Below, piece after piece: positions 38,926 through 48,283 of a stretch of DNA of 64,000 nucleotides; the stretch's first letter is position 1; each line of letters begins with the position of its first letter. Under the pieces are notes generated by a model. The model had not been told where the DNA came from, ran no database searches, and worked only from the letters and a program-made list of their open reading frames with translations. Origin of the DNA: an uncultured bacterium (GTDB taxonomy: Bacteria > Krumholzibacteriota > Krumholzibacteriia > LZORAL124-64-63); NCBI GenBank assembly GCA_963732385.1, contig CAVSZB010000003.1:64001-128000 (forward strand), in the 5' to 3' direction. The translations under genes and the position numbers were made by a program.

Positions 38926-39447
38926 ATGAGAAGGGCAGCCTACGGTCTGGTATTGTTAATCGTGGCAGGTTGCGGTTCATCAGAATTCGTTCCAGGTGAC
39001 GTTAAAATTCCCACTGGATTCGAGACCGCAGATTTTCGGTTGCGTCCAATAACCGTCGCCGATGCAGAGAAGGACTATGAGGCGGTAATGGAGAGCATAG
39101 GCCTTATCCATACTGCCCTGCTAGGTGACCGCTGGCCGACCGATTCGTTCACCCTTGAGCAAAACAGGAAAGACCTGGCGAGGAAGGAACGTCGTTTTGA
39201 GCAGCGAAAGAGTTTTACATTCACGGTCGTGTCGCCGGATGAGGATCGCGTCCTTGGGTGTGTGTACATCAACAAGGGGAGGCGCGGACCGGATGCGGCG
39301 GTCTTTATGTGGGTTCGTCAGTCATCTTACGATGACGGACTCGACCCAGTACTTGAGTCCGCCGTTCGGGAATGGATGAAGCGCGAGTGGCCATTCGAAT
39401 GGGTTGTATACCCTGGCCGCAAAGCGCCTGAGGTATCCGCTGGGTAA
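38926..39447 (+). CDS. GNAT-fold lipoprotein (cassette-like)
   Basis: Lipobox 'VAGC'; 'DAEKDYEAVM', 'FTFTV', 'LGCVYI', 'WPF..YPGR'. Confidence 0.75.
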   Translation: MRRAAYGLVLLIVAGCGSSEFVPGDVKIPTGFETADFRLRPITVADAEKDYEAVMESIGLIHTALLGDRWPTDSFTLEQNRKDLARKERRFEQRKSFTFTVVSPDEDRVLGCVYINKGRRGPDAAVFMWVRQSSYDDGLDPVLESAVREWMKREWPFEWVVYPGRKAPEVSAG

Positions 39448-39456
39448 CTACACGCC

Positions 39457-39532
39457 GCCTGACAAGATCCTGCACCAGACAAGGCCGCTTGTCGCGCGCT
39501 TGGCGATTTTGCGGATAAAACAACAGTTTAGA
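39457..39532 (+). other. Degenerate attC site
   Basis: GCCTGAC...TGCACCAGAC...TTTTGCGGAT...GTTTAGA directly after a stop codon. Confidence 0.45.
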
Positions 39533-39547
39533 AGTCCTGGAGAATAA

Positions 39548-40138
39548 ATGTCCCATAGCGCTTTTGAGGCTTGCCTCGAGTTCGTGCTTGAGCTGGAGAA
39601 TCTCAAGAAGGTCGAGCGGAAGACGCGGCCTATCGGGCAAGATCGGTACGAGAATTCAGCCGAACACAGTTGGCAGGTCGCGCTCTTGGCGCTGACGCTT
39701 CGAGACTATGCGAACGAGGCGGTAGATATTTCGAGAGTCGTCAGGATGCTCCTGCTTCACGACATAGCCGAAATCGACACGGGCGACACGATCGTCTACG
39801 CCCGACCTGACGCGAAGGGTCCAAATGACGAAGAGAGGGCGGCGTTCGAGCGCTTGACTGGTTCGTTGCCTCCGGGTGTTCGGGCTGAATACCGCGAGCT
39901 GTGTGAGGAATTCGCGGCCGGGGCGACGGCGGAAGCCAGGTACGCCAACGCCATGGACCGTGCAATGCCAGTCTTGCAGAATGTGACCAATGGTGGGCGC
40001 AGTTGGCAAGAGCACGGAATCAGGAAGTCTCAGGTCATCGCGAAGAACGCCGGGGTTGGCGCCGGCAGCGAGACCCTGTGGGCATGGTTAGAAGAACGCG
40101 TCCATGGCGTATATCCACAGGGAGAAGACGAACTGTAG
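39548..40138 (+). CDS. HD-domain hydrolase
   Basis: 'ENSAEHSWQ', 'HDIAEIDTGD'. Confidence 0.9.
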   Translation: MSHSAFEACLEFVLELENLKKVERKTRPIGQDRYENSAEHSWQVALLALTLRDYANEAVDISRVVRMLLLHDIAEIDTGDTIVYARPDAKGPNDEERAAFERLTGSLPPGVRAEYRELCEEFAAGATAEARYANAMDRAMPVLQNVTNGGRSWQEHGIRKSQVIAKNAGVGAGSETLWAWLEERVHGVYPQGEDEL

Positions 40139-40148
40139 GGCTGGAGAC

Positions 40149-40246
40149 TTCTAACAATGGTTTCCTGCCGACAAAGCCGTCTGTCACGCGCTGTGCTGGC
40201 GAACGTCGCGCTCCAGCCGCCGTTGCATCTGAAACAGACGTTAGCC
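40149..40246 (+). other. Integron attC site (best preserved)
   Basis: R'' TTCTAAC and R' GTTAGCC, with GTTTC/GAAAC inner pairing; 98 bp between two co-oriented genes. Confidence 0.75.
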
Positions 40247-40276
40247 TTCGGCATGTTCGGAACCAAAGGACACAGC

Positions 40277-41035
40277 GTGAGCCCTGAGACGAGTGGCGGG
40301 AGAAGCAAGGTGCCGGAAGTCACGTTGCTATTCTGGATCATCAAGATCGCCGCCACGACTCTCGGAGAGACCGCCGGCGACGCGGTATTTATGTCAATGA
40401 ATCTTGGCTATCTCGTCGCCACGGGCATTTTCGCCGCTATCTTCATTGCCGCCGTTGGCATCCAGATCGCCGCGAAGCGCTTCAATCCATATGTCTACTG
40501 GATCACGATTATCGCCACCACCACCGTTGGTACTACCCTTGCCGATTTCGCGACCCGCTCCCTTGGGGTCGGCTACTCGGGTGGCAGCGCCCTCCTGCTG
40601 GCAGTCCTGCTGGCGTCGCTTGCGGTGTGGCATCGCACGATGGGCACGGTGTCGGTAGCATCGGTGAGCACGCCCCGAGCGGAGACTTTCTACTGGGCAA
40701 CGATCATGTTCTCGCAGACCCTCGGCACTGCGCTCGGGGATTGGACAGCAGATACGGCGGGTCTCGGCTATCTTGGGGCGGCGGCGGTCTTCGTTGTGCT
40801 TTTGATGTTGGTGGCGGCAGCGTACAGGCAGACCAACGCATCGCATGCATTGCTGTTCTGGTCCGCGTTTGTGCTGACAAGGCCGCTCGGTGCTGTGGTC
40901 GGAGACTATCTTGACAAGCCGTTAGCGTCTGGCGGGCTGGCCTTGAGCCGCTACTCGGCGTCGGCAGTGCTGATGGTATTCATCGCTATCTGCATAGTCT
41001 CATTCAAACATAAGGCCGCCAGCAAGAGTCATTGA
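40277..41035 (+). CDS. COG4705/DUF347 membrane protein
   Basis: 'SKVPEVTLLFWIIKIAATTLGET', 'QTLGTALGD', 'LTRPLGA'. Confidence 0.88.
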   Translation: MSPETSGGRSKVPEVTLLFWIIKIAATTLGETAGDAVFMSMNLGYLVATGIFAAIFIAAVGIQIAAKRFNPYVYWITIIATTTVGTTLADFATRSLGVGYSGGSALLLAVLLASLAVWHRTMGTVSVASVSTPRAETFYWATIMFSQTLGTALGDWTADTAGLGYLGAAAVFVVLLMLVAAAYRQTNASHALLFWSAFVLTRPLGAVVGDYLDKPLASGGLALSRYSASAVLMVFIAICIVSFKHKAASKSH

Positions 41036-41040
41036 CCGAT

Positions 41041-41100
41041 GGTCAACAACGGCATACAGCGGAAGGCACTGCGCGCCGCCGCTAATGCCTGGCGCGCGAA
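41041..41100 (+). other. Degenerate short attC site
   Basis: GGTCAAC..GGCAT-AC-AGCGG...CCGCT-A-ATGCC stem; R' end eroded. Confidence 0.6.
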
Positions 41101-41110
41101 GGACAAAACC

Positions 41111-41917
41111 ATGATTCTACCGATAGCTGCAATTCTGGCTGGGTTTGTGACGCTGTCCGCATTGGCGCGAGCTCAGCCAGTCACCGACACTACATGGGGA
41201 GCCGTTCAGGTTATCGAATTCGGAAAAGACGAATTGCCCGCAAATCTGTATAGCAGGTTCACCGGGAACGATAAGAATTCGATTCTGCAATATTGCCTCC
41301 CGGTGTCCTATTCAAAGGCGAAAGAGTATCCTCTTGTAGTATACGTGCCTGGCTACCATGGCCATCCGGGAGGCAATATCGGCAATGCGAAAGATATCGG
41401 CGGCGGTCATGATTGTGTTGTGGCAAGTCTGCCGTTGTTCAAGGCAGACATTGATCCTTCGGAAGTCGGGAAGGGGATAATCGTAGGTTTTTCCGACTAT
41501 CGGGTGTTGTCGGAGGCGTATGAAGTAATGCTACAGAGGCTTTTCGACGTCGTGCCGAATATTGATCGAGCAAAGAGCGCTATGGTGGGATTTTCCAACG
41601 GAGCAATCGCCATCGCCGTTTTGGTGTCATCACATGACGATTTCATTCTGGAGCGATTTGATAGCTTCTGCCTGGTCGATCACGGCATGTTTCACCTGAC
41701 CGACCTGCACAAGCTCCCTACGAAGAATCGGCGGTTTTTAATCGTCGTTGGAGACAAGGATGATTTCGGCCGAGACCTGAAGCTCCGAGGTGCCAGGCTG
41801 GTACAGGACTCAAGCCGGTTATTGGGCATTGATGTGGAGAGCCGTGTCCTGATAAATACTGGGCATGAATTGACGGACGCCTGCAAGAAGGACATTGGAG
41901 CCTGGATTTTCGAATAG
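41111..41917 (+). CDS. Secreted alpha/beta-hydrolase-fold protein
   Basis: Signal peptide, 'YPLVVYVPG', 'GFSNG', 'GDKD', 'GHE'. Confidence 0.75.
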   Translation: MILPIAAILAGFVTLSALARAQPVTDTTWGAVQVIEFGKDELPANLYSRFTGNDKNSILQYCLPVSYSKAKEYPLVVYVPGYHGHPGGNIGNAKDIGGGHDCVVASLPLFKADIDPSEVGKGIIVGFSDYRVLSEAYEVMLQRLFDVVPNIDRAKSAMVGFSNGAIAIAVLVSSHDDFILERFDSFCLVDHGMFHLTDLHKLPTKNRRFLIVVGDKDDFGRDLKLRGARLVQDSSRLLGIDVESRVLINTGHELTDACKKDIGAWIFE

Positions 41918-41937
41918 GCTGAGTCTGCGGGGCAGCG

Positions 41938-42384
41938 ATGCGAATATGGTCTCTGCATCCGAAATATCTGGACTCACGGGGCCTGGTCGCGCTGTGGCGG
42001 GAGGGCCTGCTCGCGCAAGCCGTGTTGAAGGGAGAGACACGTGGGTACCGGCATCACCCCCAGTTAGAAAGGTTTCGCTGTCGCGCGTCTCCTGTGGGGG
42101 CCATTGCCGAGTACCTTCGGGGTGTTTATGCTGAATCCGAGGCTCGAGGCTTCCGATTCGATTGTAGCAAGATCGATCAGCGACGTGACCTGGGGACAGC
42201 GCGAGTAACTCGTGGTCAAATCAACTTCGAATGGTGCCATCTGGCGGCAAAGGTGAAGGGGCGTGACCCAGGGTGGGCCGCTCGTCATGGTTCCGTTGTG
42301 CGGCCGCTGCCTCACCCGATTTTTCGGATTGTACCGGGCGAGATCGAATCTTGGGAGCGGGTATCAGGCACCGCCAGGGGTTAG
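41938..42384 (+). CDS. Pyrimidine-dimer DNA glycosylase / endonuclease V family
   Basis: 'MRIWSLHPKYLD..GLVALWREGLLAQ..GYRHHPQLERF'. Confidence 0.88.
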   Translation: MRIWSLHPKYLDSRGLVALWREGLLAQAVLKGETRGYRHHPQLERFRCRASPVGAIAEYLRGVYAESEARGFRFDCSKIDQRRDLGTARVTRGQINFEWCHLAAKVKGRDPGWAARHGSVVRPLPHPIFRIVPGEIESWERVSGTARG

Positions 42385-42412
42385 TTGGCCGAGCGACCAA
42401 GGAAGAACGATC

Positions 42413-42506
42413 GCTCAACCAGAGCCCACACGGACAAAGCTTCTTTTCGCGACCAAGCCTTCACCGGGCGCGTGCCAATCGATTTTGCAGGTGAATCCGC
42501 CGCGAG
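42413..42506 (+). other. Degenerate attC site
   Basis: GCTCAAC...GACAAA...TTTTGCAGGTGAA pattern. Confidence 0.45.
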
Positions 42507-42558
42507 CCAGACAGGAAGCAGCCACATCACCGCGGAGACGCAAGAGGGAGACGAACTC

Positions 42559-42912
42559 ATGGACCAGGCAGAACAGGACCGTCGTGTTGACTACATAGAG
42601 TTTCCCGCCATAAACATTGAAGAGACCAAGAGTTTTTACTCAGAAGTCTTCGGTTGGGAGTTCACTGATTATGGTCCTGAGTACACGAGCTTCACCGACG
42701 GGCGATTAGCCGGCGGTTTTAGTGTGGCGCCAGAAGTGCGGGCAGGCGGACCATTGGTCGTGCTCTATTCCACGAACCTGGCAGAGATCGAGGCCCGAGT
42801 CAGTGAGAGCGGGGGGCGGATCGTCCGGGAGATATTCGAGTTTCCGGGTGGACGACGCTTTCACTTCAGCGATCCGAGCGGAAATGAGCTGGCGGTCTGG
42901 TCAGATCGATGA
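42559..42912 (+). CDS. VOC/glyoxalase family protein
   Basis: 'DYIEF', 'FYSEVFGW', 'GGRRFHFSDPSGNELAVWS'. Confidence 0.92.
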   Translation: MDQAEQDRRVDYIEFPAINIEETKSFYSEVFGWEFTDYGPEYTSFTDGRLAGGFSVAPEVRAGGPLVVLYSTNLAEIEARVSESGGRIVREIFEFPGGRRFHFSDPSGNELAVWSDR

Positions 42913-43039
42913 TTCCTGGCCCGGATCGCCTCGGTGGCTCGCAGGGCGTGGCTGGCCGACCGGCGCCTTCAGCCTCTGCGCAGGTTCGCTAGAAAGACCA
43001 TGGTGTTGACATATCACCGAGTCGATCGGGTCAGGGGAC

Positions 43040-43306
43040 GTGATGAATACAGCAGTGTTCTGGATCGTGATTGTTGTTATTGGGGGAGCGTTAGTTTTTG
43101 CTGTTCATCGGCTTCTGGTTTGGATGGAGTTGAAAGGCTGGATTTACTATCGAAACTCAGGCAATCACAGCGGGGCTATGGGAACTGCATTTATGGCTTT
43201 GCATTCGATCCTGGATCCGGAAGCAGGGCGGGCGGCGGAATATAGGCTGCATGAGGAAGAGGAAGAAGCTGAGTCAGGCGAACCCCTGGTTCCTGGGAGC
43301 AAATGA
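43040..43306 (+). CDS. Small membrane-anchored hypothetical protein
   Basis: N-terminal TM, 'WMELKGWIYYR', acidic tail. Confidence 0.7.
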   Translation: MMNTAVFWIVIVVIGGALVFAVHRLLVWMELKGWIYYRNSGNHSGAMGTAFMALHSILDPEAGRAAEYRLHEEEEEAESGEPLVPGSK

Positions 43307-43312
43307 AGGATT

Positions 43313-43424
43313 TTCTAACCAGCGCAAGTACCTGACAAGGGCGCCTGTAGCGATGCTTGCAGAGCAAACGGCGCGCCTTGCAGGCTTCGGCGGCCGCCAT
43401 GGCGGGTGAAGCCAGCAGTAGACG
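43313..43424 (+). other. Degenerate attC site
   Basis: TTCTAAC; CCTG-A-CAAGG-GCGCC pairs with GGCGC-G-CCTTG-CAGG; ends GGTGAAGCCAGCAGTAGACG. Confidence 0.55.
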
Positions 43425-43437
43425 CACAGAAGGCAGA

Positions 43438-43809
43438 ATGCACATGAGCGAAGATCCGGGCGGCAAGCTTCAGGGTACGCATTCGAGGCAAGGGCCCGGC
43501 AGTCCGCGCCGAAATTCGCCACAGGTGTGGTGGCGAATTGTCTTGGTGCTGGGAGCGGGCGTGACGCTGGCGTGGATTGACACGCGGCCTCAATGGGACG
43601 ACACGGGCATAATCGCATTCGGGGTTTTGCTCGTTGCGGCATTTGGTTCGCTTGCGGGTGTTACGCCGTGGTTGTCTGCCCTGCTCATTGCCGGTCCCAT
43701 TCTGGTTGCCGAACTATCGGGCGGCCCGGGTGTACTTCTTGCCATTCCATTTGCTTTGGCCGGCGCCCATGCCGGGGCGTTCGTGCGCCGCAAAATCGTG
43801 GGGCATTGA
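43438..43809 (+). CDS. Small hypothetical membrane protein
   Basis: 'WIDTRPQWDDTGI' followed by hydrophobic helices. Start uncertain. Confidence 0.65.
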   Translation: MHMSEDPGGKLQGTHSRQGPGSPRRNSPQVWWRIVLVLGAGVTLAWIDTRPQWDDTGIIAFGVLLVAAFGSLAGVTPWLSALLIAGPILVAELSGGPGVLLAIPFALAGAHAGAFVRRKIVGH

Positions 43810-44046
43810 CCGCCATAGTTCCGATGGAGGCGGCCGCGTTCTCGGACGGCGCTCTCTCGCATAGGGTCGAGGAGCTGATTGCCGTACGGTATCCTCGCGT
43901 TTCGCCCCTGACGTGATGGAGCGGGTCTTCCCGGGAGAGATGAGCTTGTCAGGGCCAGCCCCAGGGCGACGTCGACCGGCTTCCGCTTTCCCCCCCCGTC
44001 CGTTGATTCAGCGGCTACCCAGGTCTGTGGCGTTGGGAAGACGGCC

Positions 44047-45159
44047 CTACTGACGAACCGCCGCCACCAGTTCCGCCGCCAGAACCCGCCCGTTCGTGGC
44101 GTGGTGGTCCAATACGCACCCCGCCACCGTCAGATCCAGCGACGGCACATGGAACGCGAACGTGTTCCAGAATCCCTGGTGGCCCCAGGCCATGCGACCG
44201 TCGAGTTCCACGCACATCAGCCCCAGCCGGTAGGGCGGCGTGCCTTCTCCGGTCATGGCGGAGAGAGTCGCTTCGTCGTGAAGCACGCGGCCCTTCAGCA
44301 GCAGGCGCATGAACTGGCCCAGGTCGCGCACGTCCGTGATCAGGCCGCCGCCGCCGTACAGGTCGAGCGTGGGATTCCAGTCGTAGGTATCGCGGTCTCC
44401 AAAATATTGGTGCGCGCGGGGAGCGGCCCCCGGCGGCGGGGTCTCGTTGATTTCCCACCAGGTGGAGTGCAGGCCGAGGCGGTCGTAGTCGACCAGTTCG
44501 TGCACGGCCTGGCCGAGGTTGCGGTCGGTGAGGTGTTCGATGATGCCGCCAAGGAGAACGTAGCCGGTGTCGGAGTATTTGTATCGCTCGCCCGGGGCGC
44601 CCACGGGATCGCGCCACTCGACGCAGCGGCGGACCTGCTCATCGCGGGTCCAGGTGTGCTGGGGGTCGGCGAGGATGGTGGCGGCGTAGCGGTCGTCGCC
44701 GGCGTGCTCGTCGAGACCCGATGTGTGGCTGAGGACGTGGCGGAGGGTGATGGCGTCGAGGTCGTAGCCGTCGTTGGTGAGGAGGGTGCGCTCCTCGTCC
44801 GTAAGGTGGCGGCCGAGGGGGTCGTCGAGGGAGAGGCGGCCCTGTTCGGCGAGGCGGAGGATGGCGGTGGCCACGTAGGTCTTCGTGTTGCTGGCGATGC
44901 GGAAGGTGTGGCGGGGCGTGAGTGGCTCGGCGGAATCGCGGGCGGAGTGCCCGGCGGCGCCGTACCAGTCCAGGCCGAGGCGCGGACAGATGACGCCGGC
45001 GCAGACGCCGGGGGCGGTCGGGTTGGCGGCCAGAAACGTCTCGATGACCTGCTGGAGGCGGGCGGTCAGGGCGGCGGGCGCCGCATCCACGGACGGCGTG
45101 GCGGCTGCGGCCGGGAGCGAGGCGAGCAGGACGGCGGCCAGGAGCAGACAGCGGATCAT
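44047..45159 (-). CDS. Serine hydrolase, beta-lactamase/D-peptidase family
   Basis: 'FRIASNTK' (SxxK), 'LSHTSGL', 'YSDTGY', 'WGHQG'; signal peptide. Confidence 0.9.
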   Translation of the reverse strand: MIRCLLLAAVLLASLPAAAATPSVDAAPAALTARLQQVIETFLAANPTAPGVCAGVICPRLGLDWYGAAGHSARDSAEPLTPRHTFRIASNTKTYVATAILRLAEQGRLSLDDPLGRHLTDEERTLLTNDGYDLDAITLRHVLSHTSGLDEHAGDDRYAATILADPQHTWTRDEQVRRCVEWRDPVGAPGERYKYSDTGYVLLGGIIEHLTDRNLGQAVHELVDYDRLGLHSTWWEINETPPPGAAPRAHQYFGDRDTYDWNPTLDLYGGGGLITDVRDLGQFMRLLLKGRVLHDEATLSAMTGEGTPPYRLGLMCVELDGRMAWGHQGFWNTFAFHVPSLDLTVAGCVLDHHATNGRVLAAELVAAVRQ

Positions 45160-45483
45160 CGGTTGCCTCCGGCGAAAGCGATTCAGCCCGACGGTCGGCG
45201 GGACGGAGGTCGCGCCTGCCTTGCGATGCGGGAAGCGGATCTTGCGGCTACTCCTCCGGCGCCGATCATGCCGCCATTGGCGCCTGCAGTTCAACTGCGC
45301 ATTCTCCACGCCTTCGCCGGCAGGGAGTGACGCACGCCGGAAACACCACAGAGCGTGAAGGCTGACGCCCGACTGTCCGATGCTGCGGTCACGCCGGCGA
45401 TCAAGCTCGTCATGAGCGTGCTCGTCGAATATCCTTGGCGTCTCGCCCGGCAGGGCGCCGGCGTTTGTCGAAAGGAACCTGTC

Positions 45484-46008
45484 GTGCCACGCAAGGCCCT
45501 CTGGATCGAACGACGCTTCATCTTCGACCTGCCGCTGTCCATGTTCCCCAACGTGCTCGAACGACTCCGCGGTACGCCGGCGCGGGTCGGGGAGCGGGTC
45601 GGCGGGCTGACTCCCGACGAGCTGCGGGCGCGGGTCGGGGAGACCTGGTCCATCCAGGAGACGGTCGGGCACCTGATCGAGGTCGAGGCGCTCTGGATCG
45701 GGCGGCTGGACGACTTCGCGCAGGGGCTCGAGCGGCTGCGCCCCGCGGACATGAGCAACCGGCGCACGATCGACGCCGATTACAATTCGCGCGAGGCGAC
45801 GGCCGTACTGGCCGGCTTTCGCGCGGTCAGGGGCGAGTTGGTCGGGAGGCTCGAGCAGCTTTCGGACGCAGCCATCGCCCGCACAGCGCTCCACCCCCGC
45901 CTGGGCCAGCCGATGCGGGTGCTCGACCTGATGGTCTTCGCGGCGGAGCACGACGATCACCATCTGGCGGGGATCACGGAGATCCTGGGGACGCTGCGCG
46001 GCGACTGA
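45484..46008 (+). CDS. DinB-family protein
   Basis: 'WSIQETVGHL', 'LHPRLG', 'AEHDDHH'. GTG start inferred. Confidence 0.88.
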   Translation: MPRKALWIERRFIFDLPLSMFPNVLERLRGTPARVGERVGGLTPDELRARVGETWSIQETVGHLIEVEALWIGRLDDFAQGLERLRPADMSNRRTIDADYNSREATAVLAGFRAVRGELVGRLEQLSDAAIARTALHPRLGQPMRVLDLMVFAAEHDDHHLAGITEILGTLRGD

Positions 46009-46149
46009 GGGGGCGGCGGCGATGGCCGCGCTCCAGTGGACAGTTTGGCCGGACCTCGCCTGACCAGACGATCATCCTCGCCCATGTGAATCGGCGCCAT
46101 CCGCGCTTCCAGGCGGTGGATAGCGCCAGGTCGATGCAGGGGGAGGCCG

Positions 46150-48270
46150 ATGGCTACATCCACGGTGAAGCGGTTCCTGGCCCTGGCGAGACGCAGTGGT
46201 CGGACGGGCGCGCTGATTCTGTTGCTGCTGGCGTCGGCATCCGCGTTGCTGGCGCAGGGCGCGGGGGACGAGTGGGGACGCCGCTTCCAGAAGGCGATGG
46301 AGTTCTATCGCGCGGCCGACTACGCCCGCGCGGTGCCGGCAGTGAAGCGGGCCCTGACGCTCGCCGAGCAGACTGTCGGGCCCGATCACCCCGATGTCGC
46401 CACGAGCGTGAACGGCCTGGCGCTGATGCTGTTTGCCCAGGGGCATTATGCGCAGGCCACGCCGCTCTTCGAGCGAGCGCTGGCGATCCGGGAAAGGACG
46501 CTCGGCCCGGATCATCCCGCCGTGGCCGCGAGCCTGAACGACATGTCGCATCTGTACGAGGTCCTGGGGAGGTACGGGCGGGCCGACACGCTGTGCGCGC
46601 GCGGGCTGGCGATCCGGGAGACGGCGCTCGGCCCGGATCATCCCGACGTGGCCGCAAGCCTGGATCAACTGGCGGCGCTACGCACGATCCAGTGCCGGTT
46701 TGCGCAGGCCGAGTCGCTCGGCGCACGTGCGCTGGCGATCCGGGAGGCGGCGTTCGGTCCGGATCATCCCGATGTGGCCGCCAGCCTGCACGGTCTCGGG
46801 TCGCTGTGCCTCGCGCGCAAGCAGTACGTGCAGGCCAGGCCGCTTTTCGAGCGCGCCCTGACGATCCGGAAGCAGGCCTACGGACGGAGCCACCCCGAGG
46901 TGGCCGCGACCATGAACAGCCTCGCGACCCTGGACCTGGCCCTGGACCGGAGGGAGGAGGCCTACCAGGCGCACATGCGCGCGCGGGCGATGCGGGAGAC
47001 GCTGCTCGGTCCCGATCATCCTGACGTGGCCCAGAGTCTGGACAACCTCGCGGAAATGTACCACCTGCGGAGCGAGGAAAAGGCGGCCGAGCTGGCCGCC
47101 AAACGCGCGTTGGCGATCCGCGAGCGGGCGTTCGGGCCCGATCACCCCAGCGTGGCCGTGAGCTTGAACACCCTCGCGTGGCTGTACCAGGAGCGGGGCC
47201 GACCAGAGCAGGTCGAGATGCTCTACCGGCGTGCGCTCGCGATCCGGGAGCGGGCCTTCGGCCCCGATCATCCCGAGGTGGCGGCGGAGCTGTTCAGGCT
47301 CGGCATGCTTTGCGCCGGCGAAGGCCGACACGAGCAGGCGGAACAGCTCTATGCCCGCTCGCTGGCGATCCGCGCGAGAGTTATTGAGCCCGACCAGGAC
47401 GAGGTGGCCGTGAACCAGAACAATCTTGCGGTGGCGCGGGGCAATCTGGGGCGGTTCGCGCAGGCAGAGTCGCTCTTCACGCTCTCGCTGGCGCACGCGG
47501 AGCGAAGCCACGGCCCCGATGATTCACGCCTGGCCACCGAACTTTCCAACCTCGGATGGGTGTGCGGGAAGCAGGCCCGGTACGTCGAGGCCGAGGCATT
47601 CTACGCGCGCGCACTGGCGGGCCAGGAGAAGGCGCTCGGTCCGGATCATATCGAGGTGGCCCAGACCATGCACAGTCTCGCGGCGGTCTGCGAGGGCCTG
47701 AGTGAGCACGTGCGGGCCGAATCACTGTACAGGCAGTCGCTGTCCATCCGGGAGAAGGCCCTCGGCCGAAATCATCCCGGGGTGGCCAATGAACTTTACG
47801 ATCTCGCGAGGCTGTACCTGATGAGCGACCGGGCCGAAGAGGCCGAACCGCTGCTGAGGCGCTCGCTGCAGATCAGGGAAAGGAATCTCGGTCCCGACCA
47901 CGACGACGTGGCGTTGGTGCTGAACTCGCTCGCGACGTCGCTCCAGAAGCAGGGCCGGAACGAACAGGCGGTGCCGCTCTTCATGCGTGCGCAGGGGATC
48001 TGGGAGAAATCCCTCGGCGCGGACCACCCTAACGTGGCCTGGGCCCTCCACAACTTCGCGGAGTCGTATCGCCTCCAGGGTCAGTACGCGGCGGCCGAAT
48101 CGCTCTGCAATCGCGCGCTGGCGATCTGGGAGAAGGCGTACGGCCCTGACAACCAGCTGGTGGTCCTGCCGCTCGCCAAACTGGCCGCCATCTACCAGGT
48201 CACGGGACGCGAGGCGGCGGCAGACTCGCTGTTCCAGCGCGTGGCGGCGATCCGCGCCCTGAAGCCATGA
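46150..48270 (+). CDS. Secreted TPR protein (kinesin-light-chain-like ~42-aa repeats)
   Basis: Signal peptide then about 15 'RALAIRE..GPDHPDVA.SL..LA' repeats; no catalytic domain. Confidence 0.9.
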   Translation: MATSTVKRFLALARRSGRTGALILLLLASASALLAQGAGDEWGRRFQKAMEFYRAADYARAVPAVKRALTLAEQTVGPDHPDVATSVNGLALMLFAQGHYAQATPLFERALAIRERTLGPDHPAVAASLNDMSHLYEVLGRYGRADTLCARGLAIRETALGPDHPDVAASLDQLAALRTIQCRFAQAESLGARALAIREAAFGPDHPDVAASLHGLGSLCLARKQYVQARPLFERALTIRKQAYGRSHPEVAATMNSLATLDLALDRREEAYQAHMRARAMRETLLGPDHPDVAQSLDNLAEMYHLRSEEKAAELAAKRALAIRERAFGPDHPSVAVSLNTLAWLYQERGRPEQVEMLYRRALAIRERAFGPDHPEVAAELFRLGMLCAGEGRHEQAEQLYARSLAIRARVIEPDQDEVAVNQNNLAVARGNLGRFAQAESLFTLSLAHAERSHGPDDSRLATELSNLGWVCGKQARYVEAEAFYARALAGQEKALGPDHIEVAQTMHSLAAVCEGLSEHVRAESLYRQSLSIREKALGRNHPGVANELYDLARLYLMSDRAEEAEPLLRRSLQIRERNLGPDHDDVALVLNSLATSLQKQGRNEQAVPLFMRAQGIWEKSLGADHPNVAWALHNFAESYRLQGQYAAAESLCNRALAIWEKAYGPDNQLVVLPLAKLAAIYQVTGREAAADSLFQRVAAIRALKP

Positions 48271-48283
48271 GGCTGGGTTTGCG

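Noticed and set aside
43364..43378. Sigma-54 -24/-12 site (GG-N10-GC, minus strand)
   Set aside because: It lies within an attC-like stem and points antisense to the cassettes; probably chance.
45268..45483. HTH-like peptide with an in-frame TGA upstream of the DinB gene (readthrough or selenocysteine)
   Set aside because: The resemblance is weak, the TGA is not at a Cys-like position, and no SECIS is evident; at most a decayed remnant.
46380..48150. CRISPR-like periodic repeats (GGCCCGGATCATCCC about every 126 bp)
   Set aside because: They are the coding TPR repeats, with homologous rather than unique spacers, and no cas genes.
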